The translations under genes and the position numbers were made by a program. The notes under the pieces were generated by a model. It saw only the letters and a list, made by a program, of their open reading frames with translations. It did not search any database and was not told where the DNA came from. From the NCBI GenBank assembly GCA_002633005.1, contig NMRA01000051.1, positions 363,968-420,480 on the forward strand: a DNA stretch of 56,513 bases, given 5' to 3'. Below, in pieces: positions 36,601-49,624 of this stretch (the first letter of the stretch is position 1; the number at the start of each line of letters is the position of its first letter). The DNA is from Phoronis australis (taxonomy: Eukaryota; Animalia; Phoronida).

Positions 36601-39600
36601 GTTGTCCGCAGTCAATTGAGGTGAGGTGGGAGCGTTGATTTTTAACACAATTTATAAGTTAATGCTGATTCGTCGCAGCAGTCTTCCCTCCGCATTTGGG
36701 ACAAAAAAGTAAAGTGGCTAAGCCATTCCACAATTAAAATTTTGCCCCCATAATAGCGATTACCAGTCGCGTTTTCTGGAACTAGCGGGAAGCAGCAACT
36801 TTTCTGATTACTTTCATCTTGCACACACCTTGGCAGAGAAGTGACTATTTTTCAGCCATTACTCAGCAAAAATCAAAATTAAGTACATTGCAATCAACCA
36901 ATTATCAGCTTGGATAGAACAGCCTGAAAGTTATAAAACATTCTGATAAAGTTTTCATTATTCCCAGCAAGATAATCAGCTTTTGAAAAATATAAAAATC
37001 GTCATTTTGGCACTTATTTTGTGCAAAATATGCAGTAAGTGAGTCGTCATAAGCAGACAATATTTGTGGGATAAAATGGAGATTGATCCTAATATTTAAA
37101 TTTGTCACAGTAGGTCATAGGTCAACATGAGCATGTATTATTTTGGTGACGAAACAAGCATGACACTATCTTGTAATACTACGCATCAAAGGCAATGCCA
37201 AGTGATCATTTCAATCTGCATTTAACAAGAACTGAGCTTTATTTCTGCTGCTTCCCCTACATGAGTTCATACGATAACAACCAAAAGTTTTAGGGATTTC
37301 CCAAGGCCGGGATTCCTTAGGCATCTGTCATTGAAAGAGAACTAAGTGAAGGTAATTTTCCCAAAACTCAAAATTTAAGATACCGTACCATAGAGATTTT
37401 TATTTGAGTAAGAATCACTTTCTTTCAAGGGGATGCAATTCCTTTCAAAATCAATATCGAATTGACTCTCCGTTCGGTAATGCCACTTTAAAAGTAATTC
37501 ATGTTCCTAGTCATTACATCCATCTAAGTAATATTCCTACAACACTTGCTAGTTACATGACAAAAATTTTCTGCCTCAAGTTGCAAAACCTTCAAGCTTG
37601 ATTTAAAATCATAGTTCTCTTGAACATCTTAATTATTTTGAGTGAACTAATGAAATGTCGGCGATTTCAACGACACGTTGTTTGGTGAGCCGACTTGAGA
37701 TAGAACTGGTGTTGCCACCTGGCGACTGATGTTTTCCTGCATCCTGACTGGCTGGAAATAACCTTGACTGGCATGTTGGAACTATCTATTCATGCTCATT
37801 CAAGAAGACATATTATCACAGGCTAGGATGTGAACATCGTATCAACACCAAGATGTAAACATCGTTCTATCAACACGAATATGTGAACATTGTTCTATCA
37901 ACACCAAGATGTGAACATTGTTCTATCAACACCAAGATGTGAACAGTATCAACATTACAAACAATACAGTAATTCTTCACCTATTTCGTACACAATACTA
38001 TCATTGACAAGTGAAATTTCATTATTATATTAAATTTCTCAGCAAACACCAATATCAAAAAAGTTCATTTATAATTACTATGCTTTGTACTGGTGTGTAA
38101 AACAACATTTGGTAGTCTCCAACGTTTGCAGAAACGTAATCAATCTTTAGAAAATAGAAAAAGAGCAATTTTATTTTGACAGTTATAATCATTGTGGGCA
38201 ATTAGTGAGGCATCACAGTACATTGTATTCTACCCAGTCTTACTTACCCCATGAGCTCTAAATCGATTGTAATGCAGGTTAGATTGGGATGCCATGCTTG
38301 TTTGCAGATGGAACAAAACTCCACACCGCACTGCAATAAACAAATTTAAAGACCAACACAATGCATTGATAGGCACTCACATTCTATTACCACACTGCCA
38401 ACAGCATCGCTACAAAGAAGCACATTTTATTCATTGCCAATAGGTGGAGCATAAGTTGCCTTCTACCAGGGTCAGATGATAAATTTTTTACAAGCAGACA
38501 GTTAGATCCTGTGCAATGACCAAGTATGAACAGAGAATGTAATGTAAGCTTCACACAGTAAAAGTGCAGGTATGGTGTTAGATGATCAGAAAAAAATTAG
38601 GTGAAGGAAGTGTTTGGATCTGGATTCTCTGAATACCTCAGAGTCTTTGATACGAATGTCCACGCGTCGATGTTTTGGGGAATTGTGGTCAGTATGAATG
38701 CTTAACTTCGGTCCTGGATCAAAGTTAACAGCGCCAGTTAACTTTGCTTTAAACAGGAGGATTTAAGAGCAGAGTGTCGACGTTGTGGTGCAGTATGAAC
38801 AGTCACATCGGTCCTATCGAAGTTATTGCCAGGTGTCACTCTTATCATCAACAATTACAGGGTAGTGCCGTTGCTAATAGTTGGTTATATTTTGCTCTAA
38901 TAATCTCTAATCGATTTAAAAATACGTTTGATGTCAATTAGCACATGTAAATGTTCCTAAATTGTCACATTGAAAAAAATCTTAGCATGCAGCTCTACCT
39001 TGCCATAACTTTGATGATGACAGCATCACAAACCATTTACTTCGATGTTCATTAACTACCGAAGCCAGTATGAACAGTCCAGTTAACTGCTCTGTTTACG
39101 TTGATGTTCCCCTCAGACCGGAGTTAAGTCAATATGAAAGGGCCTTTAAACAAAGCCATAACTATACACAGCTTAACTTAAAAGCTTTATGGTTCTGGCT
39201 GAGAAGTTATTGTTTTATTACCCATCAATTATCGTACTACTCCTTCTTCTATGATAATTTTCCACTTATTTTGCACAAAAGTTATTGCCAAAGTTGTCAT
39301 TTTCCATATTTCAAAGACTGATTAATTTACTTAAAATATATATTGAAAATCCAACAAATATTGTTTAATGACATCTACACAGTACAAACAATGCTACTAA
39401 TAGAATAAAATTTCCTTAACCTATATTTTTGTGAAGAAACTTGACAAAATAGAATTTCACTTGTTGGCCATAAAATGTGCTAAACAAGCAAAGAATTATC
39501 GTATTACAACTACTACCGCAGTAAAGTCTGACCAATTTTGGTGAAAATAATAATGTTGCCCTTTTATCACCCTACAATAGCTTCTAACATTGTTGTGAAA

Positions 39601-42600
39601 GCGCACAATGTTCAAAACATACTGATGGCAGTTATGGTATATAACCTGAACATAGGACAGCAATAATTTGGTGATTTCATATTTTTCAAGGAAAAACAAC
39701 GAAATAACATTTGACTTGTTGGTCAGGACTTATTGTGTCCTAAATTGGCGATATTTTGCAGTACTACTACCATTCAATGTGGTTTTGATTGCAGACTGAC
39801 ATCCGTACAGACAATACTGAAATTATCTCTCCAATTAGAAGCCCATCTCATACCCACCTTGTCACAGGTGACTGACACTGGCACATCTTCTCCGTTGTTA
39901 TGCACCTCACACACCTGTTCACACCCTGGCATGGGGCAGAATGCCCGGCAGGGATCAAGGTGTACCTCTGCAAAAAGACCAAAGTCGTGCTTCATTTTAA
40001 AGATTCCTTTCAAGCTAAATCCGGACAGAAAGTACTCAGAGGTAAATCATAACAAGTACATGCAAGATTGACGGAAAGATGAACCCAACTCTGAGCTCAG
40101 ACACAGAGTGGAGTCGGTTATGTACGATTAGGAAAACGTCCAAATTTGACTACTATTGGAAGTTGGTATCTCGGAGAAGGCTGAACAGATTTTACATGAA
40201 ACTTTCAAATCTTATTCTTTGTGCACTGTTCTTCAAGACCCTGTTAGGAATAGTTTTTTTTTGTTTTTTAAATGTTCCACTTTTGCAAGAGGGGCTATAA
40301 AGAATAGAACTTCTCTGATTTTCATGAAAAAACAAGTTGTATAAAATAAAAAATGAAATAACTTGGCTCCGGGGGTTCGAATTAGCCCCCCAATTTGGCG
40401 AATTGGGCAAAAGGTCCACCTCAATGAAAAAGTCCGAGTAAATGACACCAAAGTCCACAAAGGACACAGGAAATCGGCGGGCCTGAACCTAGTGGTGCAC
40501 TTTTTTTATTCCTCGTTGATTTTGATCAGTTAAAGGTCATTGAGAAATTTGAGCCTCCCCCCATATTTCAGGCTGGGTGGGTCTGTACTAAAGTTATCAT
40601 ATCGTACATCATCTTAATAACTAGTCAAAAGAGCTTTTTCATTCTGAACACTCAGGCTAATCAGCTCCCAGAGCTCCTGTTGGACAGCTATAAGACACAC
40701 CAGCTTTCTTTGCCTTAGACAATCACATGCTGAACAGGATGCCCTAGGTAGAGTGACTATCTAAATTTGAGTTAGGGTGTCCATTTAGACGCGTTACAAA
40801 TTCGTTACATGAAGTCCTCCAGGAGAGAGACGGCGATACTATGCAACATATAATGAATACATGTGGGTACATAAAAATTGAATTGTACAAACCTCTTTCA
40901 AACTTGAGCTTTTGGTACCTTCGGAAAACATTACGACTACAAAGTCGGGAAATCTACGAAATCAAAAACCAAAAGTGAATACAGTGAGAGTACGATAATT
41001 AGAACTCCAGTAATTTTGGAAAAACATAATTTCCAAAATTGTCGCTTTTCTGAGATTCGAAGGCTGATTAGCTTGCTCCAGACAAAAAGATGGAAAGTAT
41101 TCCAAATGTTGTTTCATGATATCTACACAATACGTGCCATGTTGGCAATAAATCAAAATGATTTTAATTTTTTTTACTTTTGAGGAGAGATTTGACAAAA
41201 TACAATTTTTAAAAATTACTTATCGGCCATATTGTTTGCTAAATAAGTAATGAATTAATGTATCGTGAGCAATATCATGGTTTTCAGAGGACTCCCAGAA
41301 ATGTCACATATTTCAGCATTAAATTTACTGTAGTATGTTTTGTATCGAGTGCTGCTAAAGATAGAAAAAGTCGGTAAAGAGATGGATTTAAAAGTGGTCA
41401 TTTTTGCCTGGACATTTATGACCAGCTTCTTTTGTTTGGGCATTAGGGAAGAGAAATATATGAGTGTCAGTGAAAGCCCCTTGGGGCAACATTCTTTTAT
41501 GCCTATTGTAGACAGTGAGGACTATAAAAACTAAACCTGTCTTTGAAAATTAACTTTTTCATTGTCTGAAAGGCAAAAATCCGTTACTACAAGAGAATTA
41601 GCATCCATTAGAGCTGTTCCTTTGTTAATCATGGCTGTACATCATAATTAGATAACTCCACTTTGATGCTTGCTCAGCTTATAGCCATTAGTTCAGTGTT
41701 TCCTTCGAGTACGTACGGTAAAATCTCACCAATTTTGGATAAAATAATCACCAAAATTGGCTTTTCCCCGTTTTTCAAAGGTCCATTGCGAATGCCCCTA
41801 TTTTCTCAAAACACTTTCTGATGGTAGCTATATTGCTTGCAAGTGAATACTGGTAAAGCCTTTATTTTGTGCTACTTATATTGCATGAAACTAATGAAAA
41901 AATAAAATTTCACTTGTCGAGCATATTGTGTCCTAAATTGGTGAGACTTTACTGTAATATACAATTCAATCTGAAAAGAAAGCTCCAAATTGAAGAATCC
42001 TCGTGGCTCAGTCTTAAAATTTAGAAACAGTTGATATTATCACCTTTATCCATGCCCAAGTATACTGAGTATGACAGTTGTGTGCATGTATCCATATTCA
42101 AAAGTCATCTAAGGCTGGAGATGAACAACAGATGCACAATGTATCCCTATGGACCATGATCACAAATCAGCCATGCATGCCTTGCTGATACAATGCCAAC
42201 TATACACATAGGACCACTGTTGGTATTCATGCACTCTGACACTTCATGTACCATGAACAAAACAGGCATTACCCTCTAATAGTTCGCTCCATAGGTGGGT
42301 GTTGGACAGAAAATAGTCCTACACCTTTGTAGCAGTAAAGATAACTCTTTACACTGACATCAACTTCAAGGGTCATGAGGAGACAATGTGGCTCAGTGGT
42401 TTGAGCTCGGGGCTCCTGTTTGGGAGAATCGAGTTCGAATCCTGTCTTTACTGACAGACAATCGAGAATTGCACAAGTGTCTCTCACTCCTCTGAGCTCA
42501 GTCTTATTAGTGAGTGATTGAATGTAACTATGTACTAAGTGTAACAGAATGAATGAGAGCCACTTCGGAATGTGTGAAGTGTAAAGAAGAAAAAAGAAAA

Positions 42601-45600
42601 CGGACTTAAGACATTTGGCCTGATGCTCCCACTTTACAACTGCGGAATAAAAGCTTAGTTAAGTACTTATGAGTGTATCACAGTCTAGAAATAATTTAAA
42701 TACATTATCCCAGTAACTAGATGTTACTACGTGAAAATTCTCAGAGACTGAAATTTTGTTCAAGTGAGATTTGATTACTTGTTGGAAATAGATGTGTGCA
42801 GCGTAACGCCAAATTTCTGACTTAAGTCTTGAGTCACTTTTCATGAAACGGACCACAGAGCTGGAGTCATTCATGGACTTCAACACCCTGGATTCACTTT
42901 GAGCCTATGGGCTTCTACTAAAGCTAATGGTGTAAGTAAAATGCCAAGGACTTAAAACAATTTATCGGAGAAATATCCCCGTTTATCGTTATTCCAGTGC
43001 CCAACTGGCAAGTCAATTGTAAATGGTACTGGTATACGTAAGGCAGTCCACTCTTGAAAGTTTGGAAAGATCCGGACATTGCGATAAAATTTCACTGTCT
43101 AATTTAGGACACAATAAGGCCGAAAAGTGAAATTTTATTTGATCATTGCTTCTTGTGAAACATATGCGGTGCACAAATTAAATGATTTCCATGTTCAAGT
43201 TTTGTACCATGGTTACCATGAAAAATTGAAACATTTGGCATTCACAACAATGTTAGAATCCCTTGAAAACTTAAAATGGTCATTTTGGCAATTATTTTTA
43301 ATGAAATTGGGAAAATTTTACCATACTACACAATAGATAACACAAGCTTGCACCAACAGAGGTGGGCTTATAGATGAAAATGAGTAAACCTATTAGAGGT
43401 ACCAAGATTGAATTTATGTTGAATAGGAGAATACCATTAGAGGCAAACATGTTCTGCAACAATAAAATAACCTAGCTATCACCTTTGTGGTTGAGTGAAT
43501 TAACAGAAACCATCGAGGCATACTTTATGAATACACAGCCTTAAGGATAGTCACAAATATGTTTCTTTACTTTATGGTTGAAGTTTTGTATATGCAGCAC
43601 AACTAACAAGTGCATGGGAATTAAAAGTTATTCACTGGCAGTCTGCCAAGTTAAATCAATTTTTGGCCATAGTAAGATTAAAACCCAGACAATTTCTGCA
43701 CAAATAAAAAGTTCATGTTCAATCAACGTTTCACCTATTCATTACAAAGCATCACGATCGGACAGTAAGTGCCAACATGCAGCTCAGGTAACAACCATAA
43801 AGTGAAGTGAGAGATACAGGGAATAGTCAGTAGCTGGTCATCACCATAGTTACAGGGTCACTGAGCTCTGCATGTTATTCAGAGGATCAGTAGCATGCTG
43901 GTTCTGAATGGCCAATGACTCTTTAATGTACAGTAATTCCTTATCAAGTTCACTGCAGAAAATACAAACTGAATTGGCTTGGTGATTGTTGCTAACACAA
44001 TTCCCATATATGTTGCTTTTCTCTGAGGTGTGATGTTCTTTCAGCCTGTCACAGAGGCGTATCTGTGTGAGTCCCACATAGAATTCCTTGCAGTTGTCAC
44101 ATTCAATATTATAAATAACATTGCAATTGTTCAAGAAAGGGATGGGTGACTTCAGATAAGTTTGAAGCAAACAGCATCCTAATTAGTTTTTTCATAAATG
44201 TCAACAAAAACTTGTATATCTCTTCTGCAATAAACCAAAGATGTCTTTTAGCCAGCAGTTTGCTAGTAATCAAGTATGTTTAATAAATTGACAAAATAAA
44301 AAATACATTCAGGTAGCTGGTGTCAGGTCATGAACACTTTTCAGGTCGCCAACCTCAGACCTACCTGTACACACAACACTAACAACAATGGCAATATGAG
44401 CTGAGGTCACAATGTGATTTGCCAGGATTAATAATTATCTCTGTTTTTTCATTGGCCTTAAAATTTGTGAATGGCACATGGTCATGACTCATCACTCTCA
44501 TAGAGTGCACAAGTTACACTCCCTCCCATTTCTGCACTTCCTTCCCAGTGTTATGGCACTCTACGAGTTAACAGAAAGTTGTGCTTCATATTGCAATGTT
44601 CCAATATTCGATATCGAAACATCGACATTGGGTAAATGAAGTTTGGCTTGATGCACACATCACGGAAATGTCCAAACTTACACTTTTTAATAGCCATGCT
44701 CAGAATAACGACCAGCTCCAATTGATAAGAAAGAGACTCCCATGCAAGCGCCTGTCTGGTCCATAATTGAGATCCAAAAACATCAATGTCACCGAAGCTA
44801 CAGTGAATGGGAACACTTAAGTTTTGGTCTTGAATCGAAGTTAACAGTGCCAGTTCACTCCAAAGTAAAGAGATTTAACAGCGAAGGGATGACCCTTCGT
44901 TACAATGGGAACACTTAACCTTGATACCATCGGAGTTATTGGCAGGGGTCACAGCATTGACCAATACCAGGCAGTGATTGGTTTGTTAATATATTGTAGT
45001 AATTATTGTTTTGACAGTATAAGCAATCATTTATTCATGTATTGGCTGGATTCCTTACATTAAAAATGACTGAAAGTATAGTGTAGACAAAACGTGCTCC
45101 CGCCCTACAACATATCGCCTTTGTTTGGATCAGCTGCTACTATATAGCCTACTTCACAGTCGAGTCTTTTAACATGTTGTGTTCTAAGTATGTCATCATT
45201 GTCCCAATGGGGCAACCGTTGGATCGCTTGTGAAGTTGACATTCTAGTTTCTATTTGGGAAGAGGGAGAGGTCCTTGCCATCGAAAATGGCAAAAACAAC
45301 AAGGCGCATGACCGAAGGTCATATTAGTGCTGCCTTGCAATAACTTTGCTGAACTAGTTTCCTAAACAACTATAAAGCTGATGGAACACTTAATGCTTAA
45401 CTTGCCAGTTAACCATAATTAGCTTTGAAGCTGCGTTATAAGCAGCGTTAACTATATAGGAAATAGCCTTTAGTCCTACAAGTTGTGTATGAACGCTAAA
45501 CACGTTTTAGTACCCAACAAGAGCACATTGAAATTTACAAAAAGCCTGGATACTAACTACTGCGGGCACAAAAACATCAGAAAACTAATAGCTTAGTAGC

Positions 45601-46647
45601 ACAAGTCATACAAGCATCCTTGTTTCAAATGAATGAGAACATTCCTCAAGTCTTACCTGGTGGTCAGTGAGCTGCCGATCATCTAGACACTGGCCATCTG
45701 GACATGAAATGGACAGTACATTGCCCTCGATGACCATCACTTCTACATATTGCATCAAACACTGTAATGAAACAATGGTGAACAGCCTTTTGGGACATAG
45801 CAGCAACTTAATGAATATTGATCGTTATCGCTAACAGTGACAGCTGGAGTATTTGGTTGACAATGTTGAGCGCCACCAACCAGTCGCCTGTTTCTTGGTT
45901 GAAGCATTAAGGCTGAGGGATTACACAGTTTTTTTTAAATTCTTTGTGATCATCACGCCATCAAATTATCATTCTACACTGAAATATTCATGAATGTATA
46001 ATCAATTTTAAGTTTTCCAACATATTGCATTTCGTCTTATCAACTCAGCCTATATCCTGCACACCAAAATTTGAAATTGGGTCAAGAGAAATTGGGTAAA
46101 AGAGAAATTGGGTCAAGAGAAATTGGGTCAAGAGAAAGTTTCTCTTGTGGACTCATTACGCTAAAGAATGAATAGAATATATATGTCAGATATTTGCTGG
46201 AAGAGTACAGTTACTTGTTATACTATCTGGTACATGAGTAGCATCAGATGTGTGTTTAAGACAATCCACAGTCTCTTCTTCACAGAATAGGCCATGGATT
46301 GGTATGGGTGAAAAAAACAAGCCCCACATCCAGACCCAGGTCCAAAGAGGCATCGAACTGTCTCATGCCTTGCAAAGTCTCCCCACATGATCATCCTGGG
46401 CCTATTTATGTCACATAATGAGACTCACCATTTCACAAAACAAACACCCACATGTTTCCAGCTTGCACATATTCTTGGCATCTACTTCATCCAAGCATAG
46501 TTTACATGTGACCAAGGGTGGTTTAATCACACTGTAATCACTTTTCACATCACTAGTTTGTGAAGGAGAGTTGCTCGTAACTTCAAGTTGAACAACTTCG
46601 ACGTGATTACTCAAGCTTGTAGCAGCATTGTTGACATTGCTCGCCAT
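33494..46647 (-). CDS. RNF144: RBR-type E3 ubiquitin ligase, RNF144A/B ortholog, 314 aa, 8 coding exons
   Basis: Exons 46647-46429, 45761-45657, 40953-40893, 39967-39858, 38330-38248, 36234-36099, 35427-35338, 33634-33494 total 945 nt, all GT-AG with consistent phases. RING1 (CKLC...CGCLFCEMC...CPDGQC), IBR (FCPMPGC...[17 protein letters not shown]), RING2 ([33 protein letters not shown]), [14 protein letters not shown], and a C-terminal TM with GxxxG. Confidence 0.93.
35338..35427 (-). CDS. RNF144: RNF144 coding exon 7
   Basis: [30 protein letters not shown]. Confidence 0.9.
36099..36234 (-). CDS. RNF144: RNF144 coding exon 6 (RING2)
   Basis: [45 protein letters not shown]. Confidence 0.92.
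37827..37955. repeat. ~28-bp intronic tandem repeat (GATGTGAACATTGTTCTATCAACACCAA)n
   Basis: About 4.5 copies visible. Confidence 0.8.
38248..38330 (-). CDS. RNF144: RNF144 coding exon 5 (IBR)
   Basis: [28 protein letters not shown]. Confidence 0.9.
38690..39140. repeat. Dispersed intronic repeat, possible old MITE; related copy at ~44805-44990
   Basis: CTTAACTTCGGTCCTG ... CAGACCGGAGTTAAG inverted ends. The block aagttaacag(c/t)gccagtt...gatttaa...agttattg is shared with 44.8-45.0 kb. Confidence 0.5.
39519..39764. mobile_element. MITE family with CAGTAAA-type termini, copy 1
   Basis: cagtaaagtctgaccaattttgg ... tgtgtcctaaattggcgatattttgcagta. Homologous to 41714-41955 and, inverted, ~43080-43325. 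Confidence 0.6.
39858..39967 (-). CDS. RNF144: RNF144 coding exon 4 (IBR)
   Basis: [37 protein letters not shown]. Confidence 0.9.
40893..40953 (-). CDS. RNF144: RNF144 coding exon 3
   Basis: [21 protein letters not shown], with tag acceptor and gtttgt donor. Confidence 0.85.
41714..41955. mobile_element. MITE family copy 2, TA-flanked, Tc1/mariner(pogo)-like
   Basis: TA|CGGTAAAATCTCACCAATTTTGG ... CCTAAATTGGTGAGACTTTACTG|TA. Confidence 0.7.
42379..42600 (+). mobile_element. tRNA-derived SINE
   Basis: Pol III A box TGGCTCAGTGG (42389-42399), B box GAGTTCGAATCC (42431-42442), no complete cloverleaf, A-rich tail at ~42585-42600. Confidence 0.65.
43080..43325. mobile_element. MITE family copy 3 (inverted, degenerate)
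   Basis: ctaatttaggacacaata...gtgaaattttattt is the reverse complement of the 41.9-kb end of copy 2. Confidence 0.55.
43850..44170 (-). mobile_element. Penelope-like element GIY-YIG endonuclease fragment
   Basis: [19 protein letters not shown]...RLCDRLKEH...LYIKESLAI...LN, the typical PLE Uri domain pattern. Confidence 0.8.
45657..45761 (-). CDS. RNF144: RNF144 coding exon 2
   Basis: [35 protein letters not shown]. Confidence 0.9.
46074..46137. repeat. 15-bp tandem repeat (GAAATTGGGTCAAGA)x4
   Basis: Directly visible. Confidence 0.85.
46429..46647 (-). CDS. RNF144: RNF144 coding exon 1 (start, RING1)
   Basis: MASNVNN...[28 protein letters not shown], donor GTGAGT; acceptor just upstream at 46652-46653. 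Confidence 0.9.
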
Positions 46648-47039
46648 CTTTCTGAAGAAAAGAATGACAATGTTAATTTAGATGAGGATATAGAAAAACT
46701 TCCATTCATTTTAGATCAACACCAGCAAATTGGTGAAAATAAATGCCAGGGAAATAGGATCCTTCACAGTAAAGAATGTTTTGAAACAGAGTTTACTACG
46801 ACTTGAAAATAAAAGGCTGGGTTGATTTTTGATTTTAGCCAACCAGACAGGGCCAAGGCAACAATATCACTGTCCGGAGGCAGAGTGAATGTCCTCAACA
46901 GGCATATAAGTGTTGGTGGACCGACTAGGCAAAACTACCTCCTCTCAGCTCAGCTGGTACAAGAACAACCGTACGGCTTTTTTAAATCGAAATTGTGGAA
47001 AATATATTGAGATTTTCTGAGTGTTTCTGTGATACTTAC

Positions 47040-47275
47040 GACGGCACATCTGGTGCAAACAGCTTACTCTACTGGAAGTGCGACAAAGTAAAAATCTGCA
47101 TCCTGAAATAGTACTCTGAAAGGTTCAAATATCTGTGGTTTCCCATCATGTTTTGCCTGCTGGTTACGAATGAGGAAACAAACACAAACCAGACCCCGGG
47201 TTCAAGATTCAAATAGAGACTCTCCTCGGGGAGTACGAGAACTACAGCGCAGAGTTTAGAGCGCCATCTATTGTA
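47040..47275 (-). promoter_or_regulatory. Probable RNF144 5'UTR exon and proximal promoter
   Basis: Strong minus-strand donor GTAAGTAT at 47039-47032 and a CTCF-like motif CAATAGATGGCGC at ~47261-47273. Confidence 0.35.
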
Positions 47276-47858
47276 ATGGTTTGAACCTGGATTAAAGTCT
47301 TTCCAATATTCTTATCATGTTAAACTGTGCGTTTTTGTGTGTATTTTGTCCATTTTAATATTTTTATTTGTATAGTTCACAACATATTGAAAAAACATTA
47401 TTTTTAATGGTTTAGTCAACTTTTACAAACGGATGTCGACGAGTGAAAAAATATTGAATTGCCTGTAGTGTCCTGCCGTGGAACAAAACTGAGGTCCGGC
47501 ATTGAATGGCGTAGTTTCGCAGATGACTGAAGTGGATGCCGAGTCTGTCAAAAACACATTAGCCTGGATAGATAGCAGGACGCGTCCAAATGACTCGTCA
47601 CATGAACGCTATGGAGCCGTACTCGCCAATTTACTACGTTAATTTTGGTGGCCGAAAGGCAATCACTTTTCTTTATCGTTATAGTTTTTAGTTAAAAGAT
47701 TTTCTCGTGATAAATGAGAACACCCTGATTTTTATCATGCCGAGACTGGGAGGCCATAAACACTGGATGAGTGTGACTTAAATAGTGTTTCTTCAGTTTT
47801 GACTTCCTAAAACCGCTCAGAGGTGGTGGCATGTTACACTATTGTCTATTTACACTGT

Positions 47859-47898
47859 CACGACAAAGTCGGTCTCTCTATCCGGCCATCGTCAGGTG
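47859..47898 (-). ncRNA. Degenerate minimal hammerhead ribozyme in the Penelope terminal repeat
   Basis: Minus strand: CAC-CUGACGA-U-GGCC-ggauagaga-GACC-GAC-uuu-GUC-GUG. Stem I (CAC/GUG), the CUGANGA core, stem II and the GUC site are present; the GAAA box is mutated. Confidence 0.45.
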
Positions 47899-48281
47899 CT
47901 CCCGCGTTTTTAGAAGAACGAGCACGGATATGTGGTACACTCATGGTGTGATTTTTTTGTCCTATGCCATTTACTTAGATGGGATTTGATTATGCTAAAC
48001 CTTCCTAAGTACAGTGAGCCACAGGTGTCACTTGGTTGTTTGCTTGGCTGACTGAAGACATTGTCTTGTACATGGCTTCGGCCTTGATCTTTCTCTTGGT
48101 CCAACCTGTTTCAGTGTCAAGTATTCGGATGTTGTTCCACTGGATATTGTGTTGAGCTTCGAACACACGTGTTCTGCTACTCAGAGGTATTACCCTCTCT
48201 ACGGCACCTCTTATGTTCCGCAGCAATTCTCGTCTCCAGTGTTTTTAATGTTTCACCGATATATGATTCACCACATTCATG

Positions 48282-48884
48282 ACATTTGTGGACATGAAGA
48301 AAGCTTTTGACTGGACAAACCATGAACTTCTGTTTTATAAATTACAGCAAAATAATATTAATGGTAAAATGTATGATGCAATTCGTATGATTTACAGAAG
48401 TCCATTGAACTGTAAACGATTAAATGGCACTCTGTATAGTGGTTGGTTCACTCCTGAAAATGGTGTCTGTCAGGGTGACGTACTACCACCGACACTTTTT
48501 ACATTGTATATAAATGACTTAGCTCTGAGAATGAAAATGACATGCAAGATATGTTGAAGGTTTTAAACAACTGGTGTAAAAAGTGGAGAATGGCTGTGAA
48601 CATGGCAAAGATTTGGTTGTCCATTTTCGAGCTAAGTCTAGAAGAAGCAATTTCGAATTTATTTTGAAAAGTATCATTAGTAATAAACCCTCATACAAAT
48701 ATTTAGGCTGTATTCTGGATCAACACCTTGACTTCAAAGAAAATTCGAATGCTTTATATGAAACTTGGGGTAGAGCGTTAGGGAAGATATGCTCAACACT
48801 CCGTGATAGCAAGAATCTAGGATTCGAAATGTTAAAAAAATTATTTAATTCGTGTGTGACACCGATTTTGGATTACGGGTCATC
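48282..48884 (+). mobile_element. Internal fragment of an AP-endonuclease-type LINE reverse transcriptase inside the Penelope element
   Basis: FVDMKKAFD...GVCQGDVLPPTLFTLYINDL...YKYLGCILD...PILDYGS, frameshifted, opposite strand to the PLE. Confidence 0.85.
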
Positions 48885-49624
48885 TGTTGTTTGTCTCTTC
48901 TTCCATTGCGAATCTAATTGTAGGTGGTATGCTGTTCAGGCGGTCAAGGAACTCTGATGGATTTTCTTTGAGTCTTGGCTGAATATTGTGAATGTGTCAT
49001 CAACGTATCGTTTCCACATCTTCGAGGGTCTGTTAGCTGATCTGAGATTGGTTTGTTCGAGCCACTCCATGTACAAGTTAAAACTGGTGATAGTGGTGAA
49101 CCCATTGCCATTCCTTGTGTCTGTTCGTAGAACTTGTCTTTGTATTGGAAGTAGGTGGCATTGACACAGAATGTCACTAATTCCAGAATGGAGCCTATTG
49201 TGAGGTTTACATCCTCTGATGGCTTGTGGTCATGTTCTAATTTTGACCTGAGTAAGGGGAGAACCTCTGACGTTGGTACACTTGTGAATGGGCTTTCGAC
49301 ATCAAAGCTCACCATGATGTCCTTTGGTGTATATGTTGACTGATGACATTGACACGAAGTGCTTCGAGTCCTTTACGTAGGCCTAAGAGTCAGTTGGGGA
49401 TATGATGTTGTTGAGGAATCTATCTAGTTGGTGGCAGGGAGAACCAATCTTTCTTATAATTGGTCTCATTGGTGTCGTGACAGTGTAAATAGACAAGAGT
49501 TCGGTGTAATTAGACCAAGAAATTTTAATAGTAGTTGTTCCTTCATTTTTTTATAAGTGAAGTGCGAGTGAAGACAATTCAGTTAATGCATCCCGAACGG
49601 TATTAGGGCAGTGCCAACGTGTCC

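Larger units (their letters stand above)
47842..49496 (-). mobile_element. Degenerate Penelope-like retroelement bounded by a perfect 24-bp inverted repeat
   Basis: RT: MVSFDVESPFTSVP...FYEQTQGMAMGSPLSPVL, then RYVDD in the frameshifted continuation and LNSIPPTIRFAMEEE. GIY-YIG: KCHECGESYIGET. TTGTCTATTTACACTGTCACGACA at 47842-47865 and inverted at 49473-49496. Confidence 0.85.

Noticed and set aside
42379-42450. tRNA gene
   Set aside because: A and B boxes are present but acceptor and anticodon stems do not close; body and A-rich tail indicate a SINE.
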